Program-made: the position numbers and the translations under genes
Source: Ascoidea asiatica JCM 7603
Taxonomy: Eukaryota; Fungi; Ascomycota
NCBI GenBank assembly: GCA_001600695.1
Contig: BCKQ01000033.1
Span: 2,043 to 52,155 of the forward strand
Direction of reading: 5' to 3'
DNA: 50,113 nt
The notes under the pieces: generated by a model
The model's input: only the letters and a program-made list of their open reading frames with translations
The model's database searches: none
Told to the model about the DNA's origin: nothing
Shown here: piece by piece, positions 12,133-22,559 of the stretch
Layout of the letters: every line of letters starts with the position of its first letter
How positions within the stretch are numbered: position 1 is the first letter of the stretch

Positions 12133-14173
12133 CTTAATAACTCAATAAACAATAAACAATTTATTCATTTCATTTCATTTATTCATTTCATTTGATTCAA
12201 TTATTTCATTTCAATTAATATTCATTTGATTAAATTTGTATTTGTGATAAAACATTTATTCTATTTTTTCTCTATTTCTTCTTACTTTCATCTTTTCTTA
12301 TTTTCTCTTTTTTGATTTATAATCATTAATGCTTATTTTTTCACATATTTTCTCAAAAAGTTCTTTTCTATAATCATATTCTCTCATATTTTATTCTTAG
12401 ATTTCTTTTTCTCTCTTGTCTTCTCTTCTTATTTTTTTTTTTTTCAATATCAGAAAGAAAATAAATTCAAATTACAATTTATATAATCAATAAAAGTCTT
12501 AATTACATTTCATATACTTTTCCTAATTAGGTAATTAGCGATGTAGCTAATTTTATATTCACAATTTATAAGTTCCACAAAATTGGTCTCTGATTTATTT
12601 TTAGGTTACCATGCGGCATTGCGGAACAGCTCTTTCCGTTCCTGTTTAGGAAACTTCAGTCAGAAAAAAATTGAGTTTACAAGTCACGAGATACCCCTTC
12701 AAGCGCCCAGGCCCCGGTTTCAGGGCCGTGGAATATTTTAATTTGCTTCGATTTAATTTAAGATTTAATTTTCAAGTTTCCATTTCAATTTTCGATATTC
12801 GATATTCGATTTTGAATCATGTAAGAAAATAAATATTTTTAATGAGAAGTCATTTGATTTTTCCAGAGAGACCGAGAAATATTTCCTATTTCGGAACTCC
12901 CGCCAGATCAAACTTGGCTATTATTATTGGTAATAGAAAAATAAAAATAAAAAATGAAAATAGATGATTTTATAATTAAAAGAGCAATTCAATTTAAATA
13001 TTTAAAAATCTCAACAAAGAGTAAATAAAAGATTTGTCTCCTCTTTTAATTCTTACTGGTCCTTTTTTAAAATATATAAAATATTCAATTGTAGAAGTAT
13101 TCAAAGACTCAGACATATATTCAATAGAACTTCAAAAAGCATTTCTTTAAAAAAGGCCCTTTTTAAAAAAAAGACTGAGTGAAAAAGTGTCGGATAATAT
13201 TTAGTCATCTTTATAATATTTATTTTGGTGTTTGATCTCCTTCGGAACTCACTTATTTTCTTCTATTTTTTCAAATATTCTCATAGTGATAATTATCAAT
13301 TCTTTGAAATCTCCATTTTGTCTTTTGTCTTTTGTCTTTTGTCTTTTGTCTCTTTACTTTACTTACTTTCCTTTTCTCTCTGATTTCAGAGAATTAAAGA
13401 AGCAGAGGACGCAGAAATAGCTGAAGAAACAGATCCAGCATCCAGCATCCACTCTTTGCGGAGATGTCTCTGGTTTACCCCGTTTTTGCATGGTCTGGTT
13501 AACAGTTACCACCCAAACCAGCGACCAAAGCTCTGATCCACTTCTTCCTCACTAATCTCGAGCTTCTCGGTATCAGAACCAATTAGAAAATAGACTCCAC
13601 CATTTACAAATATACTAATTTACTAATCGAGTCATATAATAACAGTAATAATAACAATTATTATAGTTGTTATTTATAATGTAGTCATATAATGTATTAA
13701 TAACAACAATGCATTAATATAATAATGCTATTCTTATAAAAAGAAAGAATGATATGCTTCAAGTAATAATATTTCGCTTCTTCTAATGGTAATAGTAATA
13801 GTAATGGTAATGGTAATGGTAATGGTATGGTTCTCTATTATTGGTACTAGCCGCCAGCGCAATCTAAATTATATATTTTATTCAATCTACAACAAAAATC
13901 TCAATTTATATTAAATTTAAAAATTATCGATTTAATATATTTAAATGAGTAAATTATTAAAGACAATATTAATTAGTTTATTATTATAAATATCTTCAAA
14001 AATCCTTTAATTTCTCTTCCTAACTTTTATTAATTATAGATTATCAATTATTAATCATTAATTATTTAATCAATATTGAAAATTAAATAATTTCTTATCA
14101 TTATCTATTTAATCAATTATATTATATTATATTATATTATATTAAATCATATTATATCATATTATTTTTTAAA

Positions 14174-15598
14174 ATGACTGCTTCAACTACAATTGCTGAA
14201 TTATATTATCCAAATGAACCAACTTCTCCAATTATAAAAACAAAACAAATTCCAGGTCCTGCTTCAAAAAAAGGTATTGAAGAATTATCTGAAGTTTTTG
14301 ATACAAGACCAGTTTATTTTATTGTTGATTATGAAAAATCTTTAGGTAATTATATTACTGATATTGATGGTAATACTTATTTAGATTTATATGCACAAAT
14401 TGCTTCAATTGCTTTAGGTTATAATAATCCTGCTTTAATTAAAGCTGCTCAAAGTCCAGAAATGATTAAAGCTTTAGTTGAAAGACCTGCTTTAGGTAAT
14501 TATCCAGGTAAAGATTTCTCAAAAATTTTAAAACATTTAACATCTTTTGCTCCAAAAGGTCAATCAAAAGTTTGGTCTGCTTTATCTGGTGCTGATGCAA
14601 ATGAATTAGCTTTTAAAGCTGCTTTTATGTTTTATCAAGCTAAAAAAAGAAATTTCAGAGATTTCACACAAGAAGAAGAAGATTCTTGTATGATTAATCA
14701 AGCTCCTGGTTCTCCAGATTTAGCTGTTTTATCTTTTCAAAATGCTTTTCATGGTAGATTATTTGCAACTGCTTCTGTAACAAGATCAAAACCTGTTCAT
14801 AAAATTGATTTACCTTCTTTTAAATGGCCAAAAGCTGAATATCCTCATTATAAATATCCTTTAGAAAATTTTGAAAAAGAAAATAAATTAGAAGATGATA
14901 GATGTTTAAATATTGTTAAAAATTTAATAAAAACTTGGTCTGTACCAATTGCTGCTTTAATTATTGAACCTGTTCAATCTGAAGGTGGTGATAATCATGG
15001 TTCTTCATATTTCTTTCAAGGTTTAAGAAATATAACTTTAGAAAATGATGTTGTAATGATTGTTGATGAAGTTCAAACTGGTGTTGGAGCTACTGGTAAA
15101 TTTTGGGCTCATGAACATTTTAATTTATCTCCTGCTCCAGATTTAGTTACATTTTCAAAAAAATTTCAATCTGCAGGTTATTGGTTTCATGATGAAAATT
15201 TTATACCAAATAAAGCTTATAGACAATTTAATACTTGGTGTGGAGATTTAGCTCATATGATAATAGCAAATGCAATTGGTGATGAAATTATTAAAAATAA
15301 TTTAATTCAAAATGTTATAAATGTTGGTGAATATTTAATTAATGGTTTAGCTCTTTTACAAAAAAAATATCCAAAAGATATTCAAAGATTAAGAGGTAAA
15401 GGTACTTTTATTGCTTTTGATTTAGAATCTCAAAATGATAGAGATCAATTTATTTCAAATTTAAAAATAAATGGTGTAAATTGTGGTGGTTGTTCAGATA
15501 AATCAATTCGTTTAAGACCAACTTTAACTTTTGGTACTAAACATTGTGATATATTCTTATCAACAGTTGATAAAGTTTTATCTGAAAAATATAATTAA
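14174..15598 (+). CDS. UGA1: 4-aminobutyrate (GABA) aminotransferase
   Basis: Class-III PLP aminotransferase motifs DLYAQIASIALGYNNP, IIEPVQSEGGD, IVDEVQTGVGATGKFWAHEH, VTFSKKFQ, YRQFNTWCGD. Confidence 0.97.
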   Translation: MTASTTIAELYYPNEPTSPIIKTKQIPGPASKKGIEELSEVFDTRPVYFIVDYEKSLGNYITDIDGNTYLDLYAQIASIALGYNNPALIKAAQSPEMIKALVERPALGNYPGKDFSKILKHLTSFAPKGQSKVWSALSGADANELAFKAAFMFYQAKKRNFRDFTQEEEDSCMINQAPGSPDLAVLSFQNAFHGRLFATASVTRSKPVHKIDLPSFKWPKAEYPHYKYPLENFEKENKLEDDRCLNIVKNLIKTWSVPIAALIIEPVQSEGGDNHGSSYFFQGLRNITLENDVVMIVDEVQTGVGATGKFWAHEHFNLSPAPDLVTFSKKFQSAGYWFHDENFIPNKAYRQFNTWCGDLAHMIIANAIGDEIIKNNLIQNVINVGEYLINGLALLQKKYPKDIQRLRGKGTFIAFDLESQNDRDQFISNLKINGVNCGGCSDKSIRLRPTLTFGTKHCDIFLSTVDKVLSEKYN

Positions 15599-17141
15599 TT
15601 TTTCAAATCATTTTATGTTTCAATTTTTTAATGCCTTTATATTTTAAAACAAAAAAACTCTTAATCATATTTTATTTCACTTTTAATACATATAACTTAA
15701 TTTTCCCTATTCAATTAAATGTAGAACAAAAAGTAATTTTTTTATTTTTTTTTCTTTTCAAATCTCAAATCTCAAATCTCAAATCTCAAATCTCAAATTT
15801 CTTATCTTAAATTATCTTATCTGAGAATCTTATCTGAGAATCTTATCTGATTTCCTAAATAAATCATAACTTTTTTAAAATGACTCATTCACTATGTAAT
15901 TGATTTTGAAATCAATAAATCGATATGAATACATGTACAGTACCAATTATAAAAATTATTCGGTTATAATTTAATGAATTTTTGAAGTATGAATACATTT
16001 CAAAAAAAAAAGAGCATGGGTAAATTCTTAAGGTTTATTATTTTATCCGGAATTATCCATATCCTTTTATCGACTCAGGAATATAATCTTAAATATTCCC
16101 TACTTAAAGAATGAAACCAAGCAACTACTTTTACTGAAATTTAATTAAAAAGAATGATCAAAAATATTTTCCATGAAATTAATTTACATTTGATTAAATT
16201 AAAAAGTAAAGTCTATTTTTGCATTGGATGTAATTCAAGCGTTATTTGGACCCTTTTTTAAATAAAACAGGGCTCAAATCGTTTTCTTGTTTTATCAAAG
16301 TAATCAATATCTAGTTTGTATTACAAAATATTATGAACAAGTTGTGTTTCAAGAGTTTCCTTTTATAAAAAATATGTACATATTTTCTTTCAAACATATC
16401 CCAATTAAATTTAAAGAGTTTGAATAAACAACGATAAAATCAATAAAAATCCCTTATTCCAAAAGTTGAGTATTTCGAATTCCCGTTGAATTTGGTATTA
16501 GAAAAACTATCAAAGTACGAAGAAATTCTGAAATAAAACTTGAACTGTTCCCATTATATTTGTTCTTTTCATAGAGAACTTGAGCTCTATTAATTCTAAT
16601 CTATAAACTTTTAATTATTGCTTAACACAGTCATTTTAATTGAACTGTTGTTTTAGTGTTGTAGAGTCAAATTAATATTTGTGTGCAAAAGCCCTATTAG
16701 GAGTAAATCTAATATTTGAAAGCCCTATCATTAAACACATGATTAAACTTGTAAACAAGTATTTCTGAACGCAGTCACCGTACTCTAATAAAAGGCACAT
16801 ATCTTGCTCACTGGAGATAGCACCAAGGAAAAAAAAGTCATGTGATAAATAGTTGCTCTAACAAAACTAAGCATGTACCCCCAACATCCAGTGTGAGTAT
16901 CTAGAAGTAGTTGCAATTTCCCGTTTTCTCCTTGAACCAACCAAGCTTCAGCGTGCCGTTTTCCGTGGCGAGTATTCCTTTTGCTCCTTGGATGATTAGT
17001 AAGTCAGTTTCATACAACCACTGGAAAATTCAAAATGTTATATACTAATATTAAAAATCAAATATATTAAAAGAATATATAGAAAAGTGTTTCTAATCTT
17101 TATTTCAAAGTAGTCAAAATCATCAAGAAAATATATTAAAA

Positions 17142-18023
17142 ATGGCAAGAAGAGTATGTTTAAATCATTAGAAGACTTTAATCAGTTTCATTATAATTCA
17201 GATTTGAATTCAAATGCGTGAATGAATGAATGAATGAATGATTGATTGATTGATTGTCTGAACTTAAGAATCTATGAGAAAGAAAAAAAGCAAATAAATC
17301 TTCACAGGAAATAATCAAATACTAACTATATATCTTTAAAATTTATTTTATTAATTCTGTACTAAATTATAGCCAGCTAGATGTTACAGATACTGTAAAA
17401 ACAAACCATACCCAAAATCCAGATATAATCGTGGTGTTCCAGATGCTAAGATTAGAATTTATGATTTAGGTAAAAAGAAAGCAACAGTTGATGAATTTCC
17501 ATTATGTATTCATTTAGTTTCTAATGAATTAGAACAATTATCATCTGAAGCTTTAGAAGCTGCTCGTATTTGTGCCAATAAATATGTTACAACTGTATCT
17601 GGTAGAGATTCATTCCATTTAAGAGTTAGAGTTCATCCATTCCATGTTTTAAGAATTAATAAAATGTTGTCATGTGCAGGTGCTGATAGATTACAACAAG
17701 GTATGAGAGGTGCTTGGGGTAAACCACATGGTTTAGCTGCAAGAGTTAATATTGGTCAAGTTATTATGTCTGTTAGAACTAAAGATAATAATAAAAATCA
17801 ATGTATTGAAGGTTTAAGAAGAGCAAGATATAAGTTTCCAGGTCAACAAAAAATTATTATCTCTAAAAAATGGGGTTTTACTAGTTTAAATAGAGAAGAT
17901 TATTTAGTTAAACGTAATGCTGGTGAAGTTAAAGATGATGGTGCTTATGTTAAATTCTTATCTAAAAAAGGTAAATTAGATAATAACTTAACTCAATTCC
18001 CAGAATATTTCCTTAAAGCTTAA
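17142..18023 (+). CDS. RPL10: 60S ribosomal protein L10 (uL16); exon 1 17142-17153, intron 17154-17372, exon 2 17373-18023
   Basis: MARR|[17 protein letters not shown]... GTATGT donor, TACTAAC at 17320-17326, TAG acceptor at 17370-17372. Continues in frame into [21 protein letters not shown]. Confidence 0.98.
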
Positions 18024-18806
18024 GTTAATTGAATGTTAATCAAAAGAACAAATAAATATCAGTCTTTCAAAATTTTTGTATTTTTCTCAATTTGTAGTTC
18101 CTTTATAAAATGAAAAAAAAGTTAGAAATTTGAATCTATCAATAATTACTATCATATGAAAGAAGAATTTAGGTTCTAACAAAGATTACTATCCTACTGA
18201 ATATCTTTTTAAATATATTCTCTACATTTGATCTCAACCATTATTTTAATAAAACTTTCTATAAAATACTTTGGATATTAATTTATACTGTTTTTAAAAA
18301 TACACCGTTGAGTAAAGTAAACCCCGTTTTCAATTTTTACAAATGAATGATCTTTAAGATAACTGAAAAAGAAAAAAACGTTTTTTAAATGTTGTTCAAT
18401 TATTTTGTTGAAATAATATTTAAAATTATAAACTCAATTTGAATTAAAATTGAATAAATTGAAATAAGTTTCAATAGAAGTTGAATAAAAATTGAGTAAA
18501 GGTTGAATAAATTGAAATTAGCGTAGTTCAGATCGGAACCAAGACCCTGGTTGAAGATTCCGTGTGTGAGTACCGGCAGTTGAGGCCATGGATACAGCGG
18601 TTCAATTCACTTTAAGTGGTGAATAAGCCAAATTGCAGTTCAAATGAACTAAAGTAAAGACAAAATGGGCTCAGATTGATGATAATGAGAAGGATTATAA
18701 TAATGATGGTGATAATAATTATGATGATCTCTTTAAGAAGTTGAATAAGAATTATTTGAATGATTTACAAATTAAAGAATTTAAAAATTTATAAAAACAA
18801 ATTAAT

Positions 18807-19457
18807 ATGTATCATTTAGTTAAAGGTTTATATGAAAAATATACTGAAAAAAAAGAATATTCAGTTTTAATATTAGGACTTGATAATGCTGGAAAAACAA
18901 CATTTCTTGAAAAATTAAAAGAGATATATGCAGGTATAAATAAAGAAAATTATAAAAAAATACCAAGAGAAAGAATTTTACCAACAGTTGGACAAAATGT
19001 TGGTTATATAAAAGTTAGAAAAGATATAATTTTAAAACTTTGGGATGTTGGTGGTCAACATGAATTAAGACAAATGTGGCCAAATTATTTTCAATTAGCA
19101 AATGCAATAATTTTTATTGTTGATAGTTGTGATGGTGATAGAATTGAAGAATGTCAAAAAGAATTATTAAAAATTTTAAATCCAGAATTAATGGAAAGTA
19201 ATTATGAATCAGATTTAAATTTAAATGATAATCAAAATTCAAATTATATTGATAAAAGTATACCTATATTAATGCTTGCTAATAAACAAGATAGACCAGA
19301 ACATTTAGAAGTTCAAGATATAAAAGAAATTTTTAATAAAATTGCTGAACATATAGGTGCAAGAGAATCAAGAGTTTTATCAATCAGCGCGTTAAATGGT
19401 GATGGAGTAAAAGAAGCAGCAGATTATTTAATATCTAGATTAATATTGAATTCTTGA
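18807..19457 (+). CDS. ARL3: ARF-like GTPase Arl3 (ARFRP1 orthologue)
   Basis: MYHLVKGLY N-terminus (acetylation type, no Gly2), ILGLDNAGKTTFLE, PTVGQN, WDVGGQ, LANKQD. Confidence 0.95.
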   Translation: MYHLVKGLYEKYTEKKEYSVLILGLDNAGKTTFLEKLKEIYAGINKENYKKIPRERILPTVGQNVGYIKVRKDIILKLWDVGGQHELRQMWPNYFQLANAIIFIVDSCDGDRIEECQKELLKILNPELMESNYESDLNLNDNQNSNYIDKSIPILMLANKQDRPEHLEVQDIKEIFNKIAEHIGARESRVLSISALNGDGVKEAADYLISRLILNS

Positions 19458-19966
19458 TTATTCAATACAGTATATTCCTCTTTCTCATTATTCATCATAA
19501 ATATAGAGAGAACTTTTATATCATTAAAGATAGTACTCAGTACATTCAAAAATATCTCGAATATTTTTTATTCTTCTTTTTTTTGTTTTATTGTTTTTTT
19601 TTTTTTATTTTTTCAGAAAGGGATTGTTAATTGTCATATATTATTTATGATAACTCATTTTAATGAACTATGAATATATTATTTGTTGTAATAGAATGAT
19701 CTTTTTTTCTTTATTGATATTTTTGTTTTTTGTCTTCTAGAATGCTTGACTAACACTAAAAAATAATTTAAACTCTCGACTAGATTAATTCGGGTATTTG
19801 AATAAGTGTTTCCTCGAATGAATTGAAAATAAACAGATGAATTATCTCTCAAATAATACTGTTTCTTCACTTCATTTCACTTCACTTCTTTTCAATTATT
19901 TGATGTTATGTTATTTCCTTCTGGCTTGGTTAAAGTTCTTGTAGCATTAGCTTGTTTTGTTCTGTA

Positions 19967-19977
19967 ACCATCAAGGT
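19967..19977. promoter_or_regulatory. Zap1 zinc-responsive-element-like site upstream of ZRT3
   Basis: ACCATCAAGGT, one mismatch to ACCTTNAAGGT, about 540 nt upstream of a ZIP transporter whose S. cerevisiae orthologue is a Zap1 target. Confidence 0.5.
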
Positions 19978-20514
19978 TCTCTTCGCTTCCTGCGCAGTTC
20001 CTGGCAAGAGTGACATTAACGGTGGTAGTTAAATAACATAATCATAAGCTACAGTATTTAACTAGGCAATTCAGGTTCCGGAACCCTTCTTCCTTTGCAT
20101 CTTCGGTAAACAAATTATTATATTCGCTATATCAACAAAGATAGGAACTTATATCATTATTTCTTTATTAAATTAGTTCATTACTTTATTATTTCATTAA
20201 TTTTTTTGTAAATTTCTATAATTTTTTGTAATTTTTATTTATTTTTGGTAATTTCTATTCTTTTATTATAGAATATATATCTTAATTATAAGCCAAGACT
20301 TTTTTAATTCCATATTGCTTATTCTCCGTATTTCATTTGAATTTTATATATAAATACAATATAAAACACAATATAAAATAAAATATAATTTAGTTACTTT
20401 TTATTAAAATCAAAGAAGTCCAAAACTAAAAAAAACAAAGAACTTTTTTTTTTACTTTTTCGAATTTTATATATATATATACAATACAAATATAATACTT
20501 TTTTTTTAATAAAA

Positions 20515-21681
20515 ATGTCAACTTTTCTCATAGATAATCAAGGTTGGATATTGACGGGGTTATCATCATTGATGTGCCTTTTTGGTTCATCATTAATTTC
20601 AATAGATTCAATTTCAAAAACAAAATCAATTTTAGTTGCAACTTTATCATTATCTGGTGGTTCTTTAATTTTTACAAGTTTTCATGAAATTTTAATTGCT
20701 TCTGAACCAAATTATATGTTTGCTTTAGGTATATTAATATGTTTTTTATTGAATTTTTTAATTGAAGCTTTAGGTCATTCTCATTCTCATGATCATGATG
20801 GTGATCATCATCATCATATTGAAAACTCCAATAGCAATAACAATAACAATACAAACAATAGTGATAATAATGATGATTCTGAAGTAAATCATCATAGTCA
20901 TAATCATGATCATGCTTATACAATTGTTGATGAAGAACTTGGAATTAATCATGATTCAAATTCAATTCATAGTCAAAATGCTCATGTTCATTTATCATCT
21001 TGTAAAAGTAATTATTCTTCAACTAATTTAAACTCAGATGAACCTGTGACATCAGTGACGCCATTATTATCATCATCATCATCATCATCTGTATTTGAAT
21101 CAAATAATTTAAATATTCATGATCATAGTCATAATAATCCTCATGGTCATGTTCATACTCATGTTCATGTACATTCATCAGAAAATGAAATAACTCCAAC
21201 ACAACATGATGAATTATTATCAATTGCATTTCAAACACTTTTAGCAGTTTGTTTACATAAATTTCCTGAAGGTTTTATATATTATGTTACATCAAAAGTT
21301 GATGATTCAACAAGTAGAAATATATTTTATTCATTAGCTATACATAATATTGCTGAAGGTTTTTCAATTACTTTACCATTATATTTTTCATTAAATTCAA
21401 AATTTTTATCAATTTTAATTGCAGGTGGTTTAGGTTCAATATCTCAACCTTTAGGTGCAATTTTAGGATTTATTTTTATAAAATTAAATGGTGAACCTGA
21501 TAAAGAAGCAATGGAAGTTTTATTTAATAATATAATGAATTTATCTGCTGGATTTTTATCAAATGTTGGTTTTCAAATGATTATAAATGCAAGTAAATCT
21601 TATAAAAGTGAAATGAATTTTATATTATTTTGGATATTTATAGGTATTGGTATAATTACTATAACTAGTTCATTTGAATAA
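20515..21681 (+). CDS. ZRT3: ZIP-family vacuolar zinc transporter
   Basis: His-rich loop; QTLLAVCLHKFPEGF and SLAIHNIAEGFSITLPLY ZIP signatures of the Zrt3 type. Confidence 0.88.
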   Translation: MSTFLIDNQGWILTGLSSLMCLFGSSLISIDSISKTKSILVATLSLSGGSLIFTSFHEILIASEPNYMFALGILICFLLNFLIEALGHSHSHDHDGDHHHHIENSNSNNNNNTNNSDNNDDSEVNHHSHNHDHAYTIVDEELGINHDSNSIHSQNAHVHLSSCKSNYSSTNLNSDEPVTSVTPLLSSSSSSSVFESNNLNIHDHSHNNPHGHVHTHVHVHSSENEITPTQHDELLSIAFQTLLAVCLHKFPEGFIYYVTSKVDDSTSRNIFYSLAIHNIAEGFSITLPLYFSLNSKFLSILIAGGLGSISQPLGAILGFIFIKLNGEPDKEAMEVLFNNIMNLSAGFLSNVGFQMIINASKSYKSEMNFILFWIFIGIGIITITSSFE

Positions 21682-22559
21682 ATATTTTATGTTAAATATA
21701 GTCTTTATATTAAAAAAGTTATAAAATTTTAGAAAAAAAATAGTTTTAATTATCTTCATAATCTGTCAAAAATCAATTCATTTTTTCAACTTTTGATTAA
21801 TAGTAGAATTTTAAATTTTTTCAATTGAATTCTCAATCAATGAATTCGATTTCTTCAAATTGATCAGTTTCCTTAAATAAATTTTTAATTTCAAAGATAT
21901 AAGTTTGTACTTTCATTATTTTTGGAGTCATTTTATTATCCATTTTCCCCATTTCTTTCATTTCTCTTCTTATACCTAATTTCAACTGACTGTCAATAAC
22001 CCTCTCATTATTTTTTTTTTGCTACTCTGACTTGAGAAACTGACTGACATCTATTAAATAGACTATTAGATACAAACTCCGAATGGGAATTGAAAGCATT
22101 TTTTTCTTCTGATATATTTTTGTTATTATTTCATTATCGTTATCACATTTTCAAACTCCGTTCCGTTTTTTAGTGATAACAAGTCGAAACTCGTGTTTGT
22201 TTGCTTACAATAAGAGCGCCACGCCGCTACAGTTCAGGAAATAGAATGTGGCAAAACAATAGTGGCGTACTTATTTTATTTGCCGAGGTTTTTGGCGTCT
22301 GTGATTAAAAAAAGGTTTCTGGTTGCAGGAAGGCTTTTGATTAGCCAGAAACCGATGTTTTCAGGTGCTTGATATATTCTGTATATGCTGTACTCGAATA
22401 AGCATAACCATTCTTTGCTTTCATATTATAATGAAAATGATTTCTGGAAAGTTGATACATATAAAAAGAGATGACAAATAACTACTTATAAAAAATCACC
22501 TAAAGAATATATTTATTCATAAAAAAATATTATACAATTACAATACATTAAATTCAAAA

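Noticed and set aside
17230-17265. Intronic C/D snoRNA in RPL10
   Set aside because: The C-like box is part of a microsatellite and too close to the CTGA.
18560-18620. tRNA or tRNA-Sec-like T arm (ACAGCGGTTCAATTC)
   Set aside because: The T stem does not pair; no UCA anticodon arm or acceptor stem.
21833-21961. 42-codon minus-strand ORF (MKEMGKMDNKMTPKIMKVQ...)
   Set aside because: Too short, with no recognisable homology; cannot be supported without a search.
22370-22415. ATATTCTG...AACCAT resembling the snR30/U17 m1 and m2 motifs
   Set aside because: Both motifs are imperfect, and there is no ACA box or lower stem at the required spacing.
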